A stretch of DNA of 63,976 nt, counting the filler, from Thraustochytrium aureum (Eukaryota): the NCBI GenBank assembly GCA_012862495.1. It is 8 parts of 5 records of this genome, joined end to end, with 100 filler letters (N's around TTAATTAATTAA, not from the genome) between each part and the next. Parts side by side here need not be neighbours in the genome. Positions count along the whole stretch, not along the records: positions 1 to 18,818 come from BLSG01000216.1; 7 more parts are not named here. The stretch is one strand, 5' to 3'. The notes under the pieces were generated by a model. The model made no database searches and was not told the DNA's origin. It worked only from the letters and a program-made list of their open reading frames with translations. Made by a program: the position numbers and the translations under genes. Shown here one piece after another: positions 1 to 11,698 of this stretch. The first letter of the stretch is position 1; every line of letters starts with the position of its first letter.

Positions 1-103
1 AGCGGGCTGGCGGCGGCGGAGGTGGAGAGGGGCGGGCGGGCCGGGAGGACCGCGGGCCACGGAGGCAGAGCTCGATGAGCGGGCGCGAAGCGCGGAGCAG
101 GTC

Positions 104-1513
104 ATGCAGGAGGGGCGCCTGGCACGGCAGCCGAGCATGTCGCTCAACCGGCCCAGGATCTTGCTGATGGGGCCAAGGCGCAGCGGCAAGTCGTCGATCC
201 AGCGCGTCGTGTTCCAGAAAATGTCCCCGCACGAGACACTGTTTCTGGAGAGCACGGGAAACCTATCCATCAAGTTCATTGCCAACAACCCCTACGTGCA
301 GTTTGAGGTGTGGGACTTTCCAGGCGACGTCGACTTCCGCGAAGGCGTCGCGTTCGAGGACCAGACCTTGAGCCCAGACCTGATCTTCGGCAACAGCGCA
401 GCGCTCGTGTACGTGATTGACGCGCAGGACGACCCTGCCTCGGAGGCGCTCGGCAAGCTGCACGAGATCGTCATGGTCGCCCGCACCGTTAACCCCAACA
501 TGCACTTTGAAGTCTTCATTCACAAAGTCGACGGGGACCTCTTCCTCAGCGAAGACCACAAACTCGATTGCCAGCGCGACATCCAGGAGCAAGTCGAGCT
601 CGAGCTCGAGGACGCGGCTCGCGACAGCGACTCGGAAATCACCCTAAGCTTCTACCTGACCTCGATCTACGACCACAGCATCTTTGAAGCGTTCAGCAAG
701 GTGGTCCACAAACTGATCCCGCAGCTCCCCGCGATGGAAAACCTTCTCAACATCTTCATCGCCAACTGCGAGGTTGAAAAAGCCTTTCTCTTCGACGTCG
801 TCAGCAAGATCTACATCGCTACCGACTACAACCCTGTCGACATCCAGTCCTACGAGCTGTGCAGCGACATGATCGATGTTGTCATTGATGTGTCGTGCAT
901 CTATGGCATGAAAGAGGGCGAGCCGCTCACCAGCTCTGGCGCGCCGGTCGGGAAAGCCATCACGGAAAACGGAGCCGCCGCTGACAGCGGCCTCCCCTCG
1001 GCAGGGAATCAAACAGCAGCAGCCGCTGCGAGCGGCGCTACCGACGCGACTTCGCAGGGCCTCGCGTCCGCCGCCGAGGACGAGGAAGGGGATGGCGCCG
1101 CGGACGGCGACAAGGTCGGCGAGCACGACGGATACGCGGGAGGAAACGGCGGCGCAATCGGCGCCGATGGCCACGACTCGTTCGAGGACGAGCTAGACCC
1201 GGGCGCCGATGAGGGCAGCGGTGGCGAGGACCGTGGTACCGACGACGTGAACGCTGACGGCATGCACGACCCGCAGCAAAAGCGGGAAGACCTCGCTTTC
1301 GACTACGAGAGCGCCTCCCTGATCCGCCTCAACAACAACATGGTTCTCTACCTGCGACAGGTCGCCAGCTATCTGGCGCTTGTGTGCATTGTCCGCAGCC
1401 CGAACTACGAAAAGCAGGGTATCTTCAATCACAACGTCGAGTGCTTTTCCAAGGCACTCGCCAAGCTTTTCTACAAAGACGCCGGGGACTTTTCCACGAC
1501 TTCGTTGGTCTGA
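104..1513 (+). CDS. RRAGC: Rag GTPase C/D (Gtr2-like), TORC1 amino-acid sensing
   Basis: Intact 469-aa ORF. P-loop region [67 protein letters not shown] and C-terminal roadblock domain ([17 protein letters not shown]...[19 protein letters not shown]...[14 protein letters not shown]) match RagC/D. Confidence 0.95.
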   Translation: MQEGRLARQPSMSLNRPRILLMGPRRSGKSSIQRVVFQKMSPHETLFLESTGNLSIKFIANNPYVQFEVWDFPGDVDFREGVAFEDQTLSPDLIFGNSAALVYVIDAQDDPASEALGKLHEIVMVARTVNPNMHFEVFIHKVDGDLFLSEDHKLDCQRDIQEQVELELEDAARDSDSEITLSFYLTSIYDHSIFEAFSKVVHKLIPQLPAMENLLNIFIANCEVEKAFLFDVVSKIYIATDYNPVDIQSYELCSDMIDVVIDVSCIYGMKEGEPLTSSGAPVGKAITENGAAADSGLPSAGNQTAAAAASGATDATSQGLASAAEDEEGDGAADGDKVGEHDGYAGGNGGAIGADGHDSFEDELDPGADEGSGGEDRGTDDVNADGMHDPQQKREDLAFDYESASLIRLNNNMVLYLRQVASYLALVCIVRSPNYEKQGIFNHNVECFSKALAKLFYKDAGDFSTTSLV

Positions 1514-2162
1514 GGCAACCGCAGACGCCAGCCCCGAGCAGGCCGGGCGCGGCAGGCCGAGCCAAGCCTGCGTAGCAACAACTACAGGGCAACAACTGAC
1601 AGGTCAATTTTGATTCCGTTCTTGATCAAGCACCATCGGATCGGCTGCTTCGGGCGCCATGCCTCTCTGAGCGCTGCCAAACTTTCGGCGGCCCCGAAGG
1701 GGGCCGCAAGGGCGGCATCCTCGTGCTGGCCCAACCGGCCTCGTGAAAGGCCGAGCCTCTTTCATCAAACGCGGCGGGATAACGCTGCAGTTGACGAGAG
1801 CAGCCTCGTTGCGGCGTTGCCGCCAAACACAAGTGGCCAGCTGCTATCGCGAAAGGACTGGCGCTCTTGCCAACAAGCGCCACGCTAGTTGCACGTTGCT
1901 TCGCTTGGTATGTTCCCCAAAATGACGCGTCGAGACCGGTGCGCGGTGAGGGGGGAGGAGTGCGTCACAAGCCCTCTATATCTCTTCGTCAGAGCTGCTC
2001 TCAGTGTCCTCCGTCAAGGCAGCCCTGCCTGCCGNNNNNNNNNNNNNNNNNNNNNNNNNNNNNNNNNNNNNNNNNNNNNNNNNNNNNNNNNNNNNNNNNN
2101 NNNNNNNNNNNNNNNNNNNNNNNNNNNNNNNNNNNNNNNNNNNNNNNNNNNNNNNNNNNNNC

Positions 2163-3777
2163 CTCGATTCCATTCCGAGCACTCCCCTTGCGTGCTGCGC
2201 CGACAAGGCTATCGCTTCCAGGCACCGCAACGTACTTGGCGGGGAATCGACCTTCGGCGCCAGCCGCGTTGCGGCCACGGAGCCACCCTGGCCCCCCTGA
2301 GCCCAAAATTTCGAGAACTTCCCCACGCCCGAAACTCAGCAAGCCTGCCTCGCCAGCCCCGTACTCGTAAACAGCAACAGCCTCGTCGCCGCTTTGAAAA
2401 GGCCCGCTGTCCGCAAACTCCTGTTCCGCACTGGGCCCTCCGCCTTGCCCACCGTCGTCTTCGCTGCTCTCACTATCATAGTATGCCCCAGATCGACGCT
2501 TGGGCTGCGCCACCTGCTGCGCATCCGCTGCGGCGGCCTCGCTGGCCACGCCATGGTCTCGGAGCGATGACGAAGAGGCTCCAGACATCGAAAGCCGCGA
2601 ACGGACACTGCGTGCCTGTTTGGCGCCAACGAGTCGCTCACGAGCCTCAAGCGCCGCGAGCAAGTCAGGGACGACGTCCAGGGCAAGCTGGACGCTCCGT
2701 AGCGCTTCGGACGTCCGCCCCATCTGCTCGAGCGCAAGGCCCTTCCGTACAAGCGCCTTGGCATTGTGTGGCTGCACATCCAGCACACGCTGGGCGTCCG
2801 CGACGCACGCACCAAAGTTCTCGAGCTTGAGGTGGCAAATCGCCCTGTTGTTGAAGCAGTCGAGCAGGTTTGCGTCCTCTTGCAGCGCTGGCCGCGCCTC
2901 CAATATCCCCGCCGAGTACTCGTCAAGCGCAGCTTGCAACCGCCCCTCTTTGAACATCTGGTTGCCTTGCTGCTTGTGGAGCCCGATCCGCGCAGCGGGG
3001 TCGAGCGACGAGCGCAGCATCTCCCGAACGCGCGGCGCAAGCCCTCGCTCACGCGCCGCCTCCACGCGCACCGCATGCTTAAGGGCGCGCTCCCACTCAA
3101 GCGCAAGCTGCTCGTTCGGCGTCCTCATTTGGAACGCACCGCCGCTGGGCACGATCGGCGCGACCACTTCGACACGAAAGACCGGGTGCCCAGCCTCCTC
3201 GAGGTACTCGGACTCGAGCAAGTTGATGCGAAACCAGCCGCACAGGTTCATCGCACCGCACATCGCACCCTGGTCCCCGTCGGTGTCAGCCTCAAACCAC
3301 ACCAGATCAACTCCGCGCAACTCGAGCCATCGCTTGCTCCAGGCCTGCCCTTGCGGCTTGGGCCCGCCACGCTTCAAGCCGCGGCGCAAGAGCTTGCCGG
3401 CGCGCGAGAGCGCGCCTGAGCTCGCAGCGCCGCTTGCAGATGCGACGGGAGCTGCGGCATTCGAGCCCTCTGCCGCGGTCGCTTCAAGGCCCGGCCCCAC
3501 GGGGGGGAAAAATCGGACCTCAAACTCGCCTGTCGCACTTGGGACCCGCCCCTCAGACAAGGCCGAGTGCGCCTTGGCCTCATGGGCTGCTTTCCCGGCT
3601 GCCCAAGGCAATACCATGTCGCGAACGCTGAGTGGACGTCGCACTGTGTCGACCCAGCAGACCGCAGGGCCGAGCAGGTCCCGGAAGCGAAACGCTTTTG
3701 TTGGTTGATCAAGCTGCGCAGCTCGTGCATCGCTTTGGCTGGAAACTTCGTTGCCTTGCAGCCCAGAGTCGGCGCAT
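2163..3777 (-). CDS. PH + TPR + SH3 module, probably the tail of the upstream myosin
   Basis: PH (WSKRWLELRGVDLVWFE...RTPNEQLALEWERALKHAV), three TPRs (KQQGNQMFKEGRLQAALDEYSAGI...FNNRAICHLKLENFGACVADAQRVLDVQPHNAKALVRKGLAL) and SH3 (AVAVYEYGAGEAGLLSFGRGEVLEIL...WLRGRNAAGAEGRFPAKYV). The frame stays open up to the N gap at 3778. Confidence 0.85.
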
Positions 3778-4294
3778 NNNNNNNNNNNNNNNNNNNNNNN
3801 NNNNNNNNNNNNNNNNNNNNNNNNNNNNNNNNNNNNNNNNNNNNNNNNNNNNNNNNNNNNNNNNNNNNNNNNNNNNNNNNNNNNNNNNNNNNNNNNNNNN
3901 NNNNNNNNNNNNNNNNNNNNNNNNNNNNNNNNNNNNNNNNNNNNNNNNNNNNNNNNNNNNNNNNNNNNNNNNNNNNNNNNNNNNNNNNNNNNNNNNNNNN
4001 NNNNNNNNNNNNNNNNNNNNNNNNNNNNNNNNNNNNNNNNNNNNNNNNNNNNNNNNNNNNNNNNNNNNNNNNNNNNNNNNNNNNNNNNNNNNNNNNNNNN
4101 NNNNNNNNNNNNNNNNNNNNNNNNNNNNNNNNNNNNNNNNNNNNNNNNNNNNNNNNNNNNNNNNNNNNNNNNNNNNNNNNNNNNNNNNNNNNNNNNNNNN
4201 NNNNNNNNNNNNNNNNNNNNNNNNNNNNNNNNNNNNNNNNNNNNNNNNNNNNNNNNNNNNNNNNNNNNNNNNNNNNNNNNNNNNNNNNNNNNNN

Positions 4295-7200
4295 GTGCTT
4301 CGCCGCCGCGGGCTTCGAGGGTCCTTGCTCTGCCGAATCTTGTGCACTAGGCGATGGGGGCTCGTCCACGGCGCCGAAAACCTCTTTGAGCATCGACTTG
4401 CAGAGGCGGCGCTCCGAGGCGCCCTTTGACTTCATAACCCGGTAACGCCGCCCGCAGATGAGCTCTTTGCAGGACACAGCCAAGCTCTTGAAACGCGCCC
4501 TCTCGCACAAGCCGCGGCTCCTGAAACGCCACCAGCTCAAGGACAGACAAGTAGTTGAGCTGGTTGTAGACCAAGGTCGCGTCCCACGCCCTGCGTTGCT
4601 TGTCGCTGTTCGGCTTGATGCAGCGCACAAAGTGCGCCGTGGTGGCGCCGATGGCAGACTCCAAGTATGCCAGCTGTTTCCGAAACAGGTTGCTCATCGA
4701 CTTGGTCGAGGCGATCGTCCTCGTCGCTTTGAACTTGGCAACCGCGAGCCCAGCTTGGAACGCAGCGCGCGCCGAATGCGCGCGGCCGCCAACGCTTGGG
4801 CCAGCGCGCTCGGCGTTGACGTCAACCGCACTGGTGTTTGACGTCAAGTCGGCGGAATCCGAGGTCGTCGAGGCCTGAAACAGCCCAGCCACAAACCGAT
4901 TCGGCGAGACGTACAGCAAATCTGCAACGTCGGCTTGCAGCGCGTCCAGGTTGGTCTTGACGAACGACCGGGCAGTGTACGTGACTGGCCCAGCATGGTG
5001 CGCAACTGTGAAAGTGAGCGAGCCCCCGACCCTCGGCGCGCGCACCACGCTCGAGCCGCGGTGCCTGCCGAGCAAATTTGCGACAAAGGCCTCGTCCGTG
5101 GCCGCGAGAGCGCTCGATTCGTCCAAAAGGACCAAAATCCCGTCTGGGCGGCCTTCAAGGGCCTGGACGATCTTGGTGTTGTCGCGAAAGCTCACGAGCG
5201 ACGTGTCAAGCCCTTCGCTCTCGAAAAGGTCGCGCTCACGAGCAACAATGTGCTCGTCAAATACCTGCTGCAGCTTTTCGTTGCTGTAGTTGATGCAGAG
5301 CTGCTCAAACGAGTTGCAGTCCGTCACTTCGAGGCCGAAGACATCGAGCACCCCAATCGTGGCAGACGTCTTTGCGCTTGCCTGCGCTGGGTTGGTTCGC
5401 GCATTGACCGTATGAACCACAAAGTCGAAGAGCGCTGTGTAAAGCGCCTTTGCGAGCCCGTCGCGCGAGTCTTGTGCCGCCGTCTTGGCGAGTGGCATCT
5501 TCACTACCGAGGAGCGCCTCCCACCGCCAGCGGAAACTGTGCGAAAGCAGAGGTGTTTTCTAGCACCAATTCACTCACGCCGAGGAAGTGGGGCCACGCG
5601 GTTCAATGCGGCGCGCGACATGGGCGACTCTCGGTCGACCGCGCAACCCTCCATCCCGTTTTGCTGCTCCACCGCGAGGAATCGAAGGTTTCCAATCTCG
5701 AGTATTACAAGTAGTGCCCCCCAGAGGTGCTTGCGTTCCTTGGCGGTCACGCCGATGCCCTCAAGCGCCCTCAGCGTAGGCTCGAGTTTGTCGTGTGGTC
5801 CAGGCGCAAAGTCGAGACCTCGCTCTTCTTCCTCGGCCGCACCGTCGGAAGATAAATCCGAGTCGTTCTCCGAGGCTCCGTCACCGGACTCTAAACTAGA
5901 ATTGCGCCGCCACGTTGGGTGAAGGTACGTGTAGTACGGCGAGACGCGACCGAGGGCGGCGAATTCGGCATTGGCCAGATCGCCGCTGGTTTCGGCGTCG
6001 GCTCCCGCTGCACTTGCGTTCTCCTCCGCCTCAGGGTCGTCATCCTCGTCAGAGCTCCACAACGCATCGGCTGCGGCTGCAGCTGCGGCTGCTGACTCGT
6101 CGCCGGTGGACTCCGCACTGGTCTTCCTTGAACTGACAGAGTCCTGGGTTGACGAGCCTGCGCGACCTTTGGCTTCTCCTTCGTTGGTTGCAGCAGCCAC
6201 TGGCTCAACCTCAAAGGTGAACGCGGCTTCGCCCAAGTCGCATTGCAGCCGCTGGATGAGCTGGTAGAATATGTGAAAGTTGCGCTGGTGGCGCCCGTGC
6301 CTCGTGACGCGGGCTTTCTCCAGCAAAAAGTGGCTTGCGTTCGCGCCGAGTAGCACGCCGTCCACGTCGTAGTTGAGCTCGAGAAACTTCCCAAATCGAC
6401 TCGAGTTGTTGTTTTGCGCCGTGACGGCGTTTCCAAAGGCTTCAAAGATCGGGTTCACCTCAACCATGTACGATTCCACTTCGGATCCCATGTCGTTCTG
6501 CTGCTGGCGGGAATCTGCATCGGCGCCAGCGCGTTGGGCATGGGCACCGCGTCCTCTGCCTCTCCCGCCTCTGCCCCTGCCACGAGGTTGTAACAGGACG
6601 TTGCTGGCGGCCGCTCCCGAAAGCGACGACCCTGCGCCGACGAGCCCCATTTTGCCAAAGTAGGTGTCCACCTTGGCGCGGTCCCGCTCGACGGCCTTTG
6701 CACGCGCCCCCCTGCTCTTCCTTGCAAGGCACTGCATCAGGTACTTTGCCGCCTCTGTTTTCCCTGCTCCAGATTCGCCGTTGACGAGGATCGACTGGTT
6801 TGTCCGCTTTGGGCCGCCAATCATCGCAGAATACGCACGCCCAGCCACGGCGAACAAGTGGGGGCGCCTCTCCTCGCGTGCCTCGAGAGCACTGTCCGAG
6901 CCCTCGCCGTCAAGCGCTTGGAAGCTGTCTTGGCCGATCCCCTCTGCGCCGTCCATTGTCTCGTAGGGGTTGACGGAGAGCAGGACGTCGCCGGCCCAAG
7001 TGAACACTTTGCTGCGCTCAAAGCGCTGCTCCAGCAGGCGCAGGGCTGCAGGCTCGCTGAGGCCTGGCATCTCGAGCACGTCGTCTTGGTCCTCGGGTTG
7101 GCACTCCGGCAAAAAGCGCGCGATGTCGCGCTCCACTGCCTGAACCGCTTCCCCGCGCAACTTGCCCTCGCACGGCTCGACCCAAATGACGCGTCCTGCC

Positions 7201-8032
7201 GGCTGGGACTGGTTTGCGCGTGATGGCCCTGGCCCAGAGGCGGCCGATGAGGAGGACGAAGCAAAGCGCCGGAGGCTGCCAGCTCGTGACCCGCCTACCG
7301 TTGTTGGCATATTATGGTCTGCTTTGAGGGCCCATGGTGGGAGCTTTGGCGGTGATGCTGGCGGAACAAACCCACCGCTTCTCGGCGACGGCACCGAGCT
7401 GACCTGCCAGCGTCTCGGCAGCGAGCTCTGTCCCGCCGCGTTGCTGGCTGAGCTGTCGGTCGCACTGCCGGAGGCTCCGGCCTTGTCGCCCTCTCGGCTA
7501 AGCGCTTGCTCTTTCCCGACGCGCGGGGCACACGTGACCGCGCGAATCCATTCGGTCGCTGAGCCCAAGCCTCCTTGCCTCTCTGCGCTTCGGACCCTGA
7601 CCCAACACTCGTGGCCAGGCTCGCTGAGCCACTTTGAAAGGTCTATTGCCCGAGGTTGGCGCTTTGGTTTCGTTGGTGCAGGTACATTGACAGCAAGCAC
7701 TGGGGGCGGTGGCTTGGCCGTCTTCTGAGCGCTCTTTTCTTTGGCGTCGGGTGCCGCGACTTTGGCGCGTTTGTCTCGCTTCGAGGACTTTGCCTCCTTT
7801 CGTGCGCGAGACTCGCGTTCGGGCTCTGGCGTCTGCGGTGAATGCGTGTCCGAGGGGCTTTCACCTGGCGCTAGCGCCTTGATCTTTGCGCGCCTCTTCT
7901 TCGAACTACTCGCGTCGAGTCTCCCGCCAAAGCAGCAAGGTTGTCTTCGCCCGCTGGGGCGGTTGGTGGAGACTTCTTTGCGCCACCGTCGGTGCGTGCA
8001 GGCCGACCCGCTCGCTCACCAGAGGAGGCCAT
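4295..8032 (-). CDS. Unconventional myosin, N-terminal extension plus motor domain (frameshifted in the assembly; continues into the N gap)
   Basis: Motor motifs FTWAGDVLLSVNPY, PHLFAVA, P-loop GESGAGKTE, switch I NNNSSRFGKF, LLEKARV, RNFHIFYQL, RDGLAKALY, switch II DVFGLE, NSFEQLCINYSNEKLQQ and HFVRCIKPN across ORFs 5571-7700 and 4347-5504. The reading frame is open upstream of 7700. The start at ATG 8032 is inferred and needs one frameshift. Confidence 0.93.
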
Positions 8033-8207
8033 GCTCGCTGGCCACCATCGAAAAATTCGCCGTATGCACGCTCAGGCCGCACCACAGCGCCAAGCCAGCG
8101 GCCCGCCGGCACCCGCCGGCCGGACCTCACGCGGAAGGCGTTGCCTCTGGCACGTTAGAGGCCAAACCACCTCGTCCCCGCGCACAAGCGCACGAGCGCA
8201 CGAGCAC

Positions 8208-8236
8208 AGGCAAGGCAAGGCAAGGCAAGGCAAGGA
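8208..8236. repeat. (AGGCA)n pentanucleotide microsatellite
   Basis: aggcaaggcaaggcaaggcaaggcaagg, upstream of the myosin start. Confidence 0.9.
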
Positions 8237-8695
8237 GGGAGCAGCCGATCGCGAGACCTACGCAGCCGCAGCCGCCGCTCCGTCTCCCGCTCTCCCGCTC
8301 TCCCACCCGCGACACTGTNNNNNNNNNNNNNNNNNNNNNNNNNNNNNNNNNNNNNNNNNNNNNNNNNNNNNNNNNNNNNNNNNNNNNNNNNNNNNNNNNN
8401 NNNNNNNNNNNNNNNNNNNNNNNNNNNNNNNNNNNNNNNNNNNNNNNNNNNNNNNNNNNNNNNNNNNNNNNNNNNNNNNNNNNNNNNNNNNNNNNNNNNN
8501 NNNNNNNNNNNNNNNNNNNNNNNNNNNNNNNNNNNNNNNNNNNNNNNNNNNNNNNNNNNNNNNNNNNNNNNNNNNNNNNNNNNNNNNNNNNNNNNNNNNN
8601 NNNNNNNNNNNNNNNNNNNNNNNNNNNNNNNNNNNNNNNNNNNNNNNNNNNNNNNNNNNNNNNNNNNNNNNNNNNNNNNNNNNNNNNNNNNNNNN

Positions 8696-9830
8696 CAACG
8701 TTCGTGCCGTCTACGCGTGGACCGCGCTGTACCTGGCCACCGGCGTCGCGCAGCCGCTGATCACGGACGCGACTTAAGTACCGAGGGGGCGTGCGGAGCG
8801 GCGACGCGGGCTCGTGGCCGCCGACGCTCCTGCCTGTGCTGGCGAACGCGACCGGGATGGCGATTGTTGGCCACGTCGCAAAAGGGGCGGAGGTGCTGGC
8901 GCGGCTGTGGAGGGGCAACAGGCGCGCTGGGTACAGCCGCCTCGCGACGCGTCAGGTTGACTACGAAGGCGGGCCGCGGGGAGGGGGATGGCCTTTCGGT
9001 GGGCGGGCGAGGTCCCGGGCGCCGCGCTGCCGAGTTTTGAGGACTTGTCTCCCCACGTCCTCGGGTGGGCCACGGCGATCGACTTTTCCAGCGGCGTCCT
9101 CGTGACGACTGGGCTTTTATTGGTGGGATCTGGCGTGTACACCGTAATCTACAGCAGCACGACGGCCTGGACCGCTGTACTGAGCTGGCTTGTGGGCGGC
9201 AAGCTGGTCGGGGGTCAGTGGCTCGGCATCGCGCTTGTTTCGCTTGGCCTTTTAATGAACGCGATCGGGCTGGCCGAGGACTCGATAGGGGACCCCGCCG
9301 ACCGCCGGGGCACTCTTGTGCTTGGCGTGAGCGTCCTGGTTGTGGGGACAATCCTGCACGCGGCCGCGTTTGTCTACAACGAGCGGGCCATCAAGCACTT
9401 GAGAGTGTCGCCGTTTCACCTATGCTCACAGATTGGCGCGATCGAGGCGATGATCTTGGTTCTGTACAACGCCGTTCTCATTCTGCGGTATAACACAGAC
9501 ATGCTGTATTTTGACGATATCCACGCCTCAGGGTCGAGCGGCGGGGTCGTTTTGGCTGGGTACGCCGCACTTGTGCTGATGAACTCGGCGCACGCCCTCG
9601 CCTTCTTCGCGATGCTGGGCCAACTGGGCGCAGTTGCAACTGGGGTCTTGAAGAGCGTGCTGGCTGTTAGCGTGTTCTCGTTTGCCGCAATCTTCTTTTG
9701 CTCGTTCGAGGCCTCGCAGTGTTTTTCTGCGCCAAAAGCCGCGAGCATGTTGATCGTTCTTTTTGGCTCGTTCGCTTTCGCAATGTCCTCGCAGCAGTCC
9801 CGGGCCTCGCAGCGCAAGTCTACGATTTGA
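8696..9830 (+). CDS. Drug/metabolite transporter (EamA/SLC35-like) multi-pass membrane protein, 5' end in gap, frameshifted
   Basis: About 9-10 hydrophobic segments. VGSGVYTVIYSSTTAWTAVLSWLVGGKLVGGQWLGIALVSLGL and GAVATGVLKSVLAVSVFSFAAIFFC are typical DMT/nucleotide-sugar transporter repeats. Confidence 0.75.
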
Positions 9831-10019
9831 TTCGCTTCCGTGAAGATGAATGGAACTTTGTTTTCTCATGCTGCAATCCGGTTCTCTCTCTCTCGCTCTC
9901 TCCCTCCCTACCTATTCGATCCACGCCCAACCTTTGCCGCGCCTCGCGGCCTGGCGCAGAGCATACGGGACCTCGCTGTCGGTGACGGGAAAAAAAACCA
10001 AAAACCAACAGGGTCTGTT

Positions 10020-11698
10020 TCAGGCGGCCAGCGCGCCGTCCAGCCAGGCCTCCAACCGATCAAACACGTCCGGCACGTTGCGCCGCCCGAATCCGAGACG
10101 GACGCAGTTCGGGTCCTCCTCCAAGAGGTAGACGGAGCTCGGCAGCAACATTATCCCGGCTTGGTCGACCAGCGCCTTGCAAAACTCGGCCGACGAGGCC
10201 CAGCGACGCAGCAATGGCCCGTCGCTCCGAACTCGGGGGAAGCAGATCGTTCCTGCCGGAGGCGGCGCAAAGTCAAATTTGTCTGCATGCCGCGCGAAAA
10301 ACGCGACAGCAGCGCGCAGTCCATTCCGAGCGATTTCCAGGTTTCGTGCAACGATTGCGTCCGCATTGCGCAGAGCAATGAGCGCGAGCACCTCGCTTGG
10401 CGCGGGCGGGCAAATCGTCGTGTAGTCCTTGAGTGCCTGAACGCGACTGAGAAAGGCGGCGTCCCGGGCCGCCAGCCAGCCGATCCGCAAGCCGGGGCAC
10501 GATAGCGACTTGGACACCCCGCACAAGCTAATGCCTCGATCGTACGCGAGCACAGCAGGAGCGAGCCGGGCAGCCGCGTCAAACTCGAGCCCGCGGTACA
10601 TCTCGTCGCTGAACAAGTACGCGTTGGATGCCTTGCAGATCGCGACGAGCTGGGCCCACTCATCTGTCGACACGGTGGCGCCTGTCGGGTTGTGCGGAAA
10701 GTTGGTCACAACCAGCCGCGTGGCGTCCGTCACGACCTCTTGCAGCGAGGCGACATCGAAAACCCAGCGCCCATCGGCGTCCATGCGAGGCTCCCAACGC
10801 GAGAGCTCGACCCGATGCTCCGCGCGACCTCGAAAAGGGACTGGTAGCAAAGACTCGGAACGACCACGTGGTCTCCGGGACGCAGAAGCGCATGCGCCAT
10901 GAGGAAAATGCCTTCCTCGGGGCACAGAACGATAGCATTCTCAGGCGCTGGCACCCAGTCCCCGGACTTGGCCGCGGCCGCGTAGTGATTGGCGATCCCC
11001 TGCCGCAGTTGTGGGAGCCCGCCGGACTCTGTATACCCGAGGGACAGATTGGCCCAGATTGCCTTGCACTCTTCGTCGGCCATGTCGAGGAGCTGCTCCA
11101 TGCTCAGACTTTCGCAGTCCGAGCAGCAAAGCAGGTGCGGGGCAGAGAACTCGTATTGTGCAAAGTAGCGCTCAAGCTCGAACTGCCGAATCTCAAGTCG
11201 GGGCTCGGTCAAAGTGGCGGCGGGCTCGGCCGCGGCCGCGGCGCCATCGACCACGTAGCCTGAGCTGACCAAAGCCGCCACAGTTTGCTCAAGCTTGTTG
11301 CGCTTGACCATGATGTAGTCCGTGTCGAACGTGGAAACCACGAAGACAGGGACGGCGTTGTCCGCGAGCGGCGCAAGTAGCTTGGAAAGCACGCCGACCA
11401 TGCCAAACTCGAGGGGCCCCTCAACTTTGAGCGCGCGCCAGTCGCCCTCGACTTTCGCCTCCGCGTTGGCGGCGCTTGCATCTCCGCATCGCTCCCGCGC
11501 GGTCGTCAGACAAGCTGGCTCGCAGCCGTCCGCACCTTGGACGACAAGAGAGATCTCTTCCGCCGTCCGTCCGAGAACGAAAAACCCGTCCTGCTCCAGG
11601 CACACGGCAGCGACGCAGCCTGCGAGCGCTCTCTCGCTCGGCTCGAGCCGCACGACCGCGAGCTCCTCCTTGAGCGTGGAGAGCTTGAGCCCGCGCAT
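10020..11698 (-). CDS. CASTOR-type tandem ACT domain fused to a class I/II PLP aminotransferase (VioD/capreomycidine synthase-like)
   Basis: N-terminal FFVLGRTAEEISLVV...WRALKVEGPLEFGMVGVLSKLLAPLADNAVPVFVVSTFDTDYIMVK is in frame with FELERYFAQYEF...LGYTESGGLPQLR. After one homopolymer frameshift near 10810 come NFPHNPTG, SDEMYRGL and the PLP-Lys motif SKSLSCPGLRIGW. Confidence 0.88.

Noticed and set aside
104..11698. RagC and a CASTOR-like ACT gene as a TORC1 gene cluster
   Set aside because: They are separated by unrelated genes (myosin, DMT transporter) and several gaps, and eukaryotic linkage of two genes is weak evidence. Kept only as a remark.
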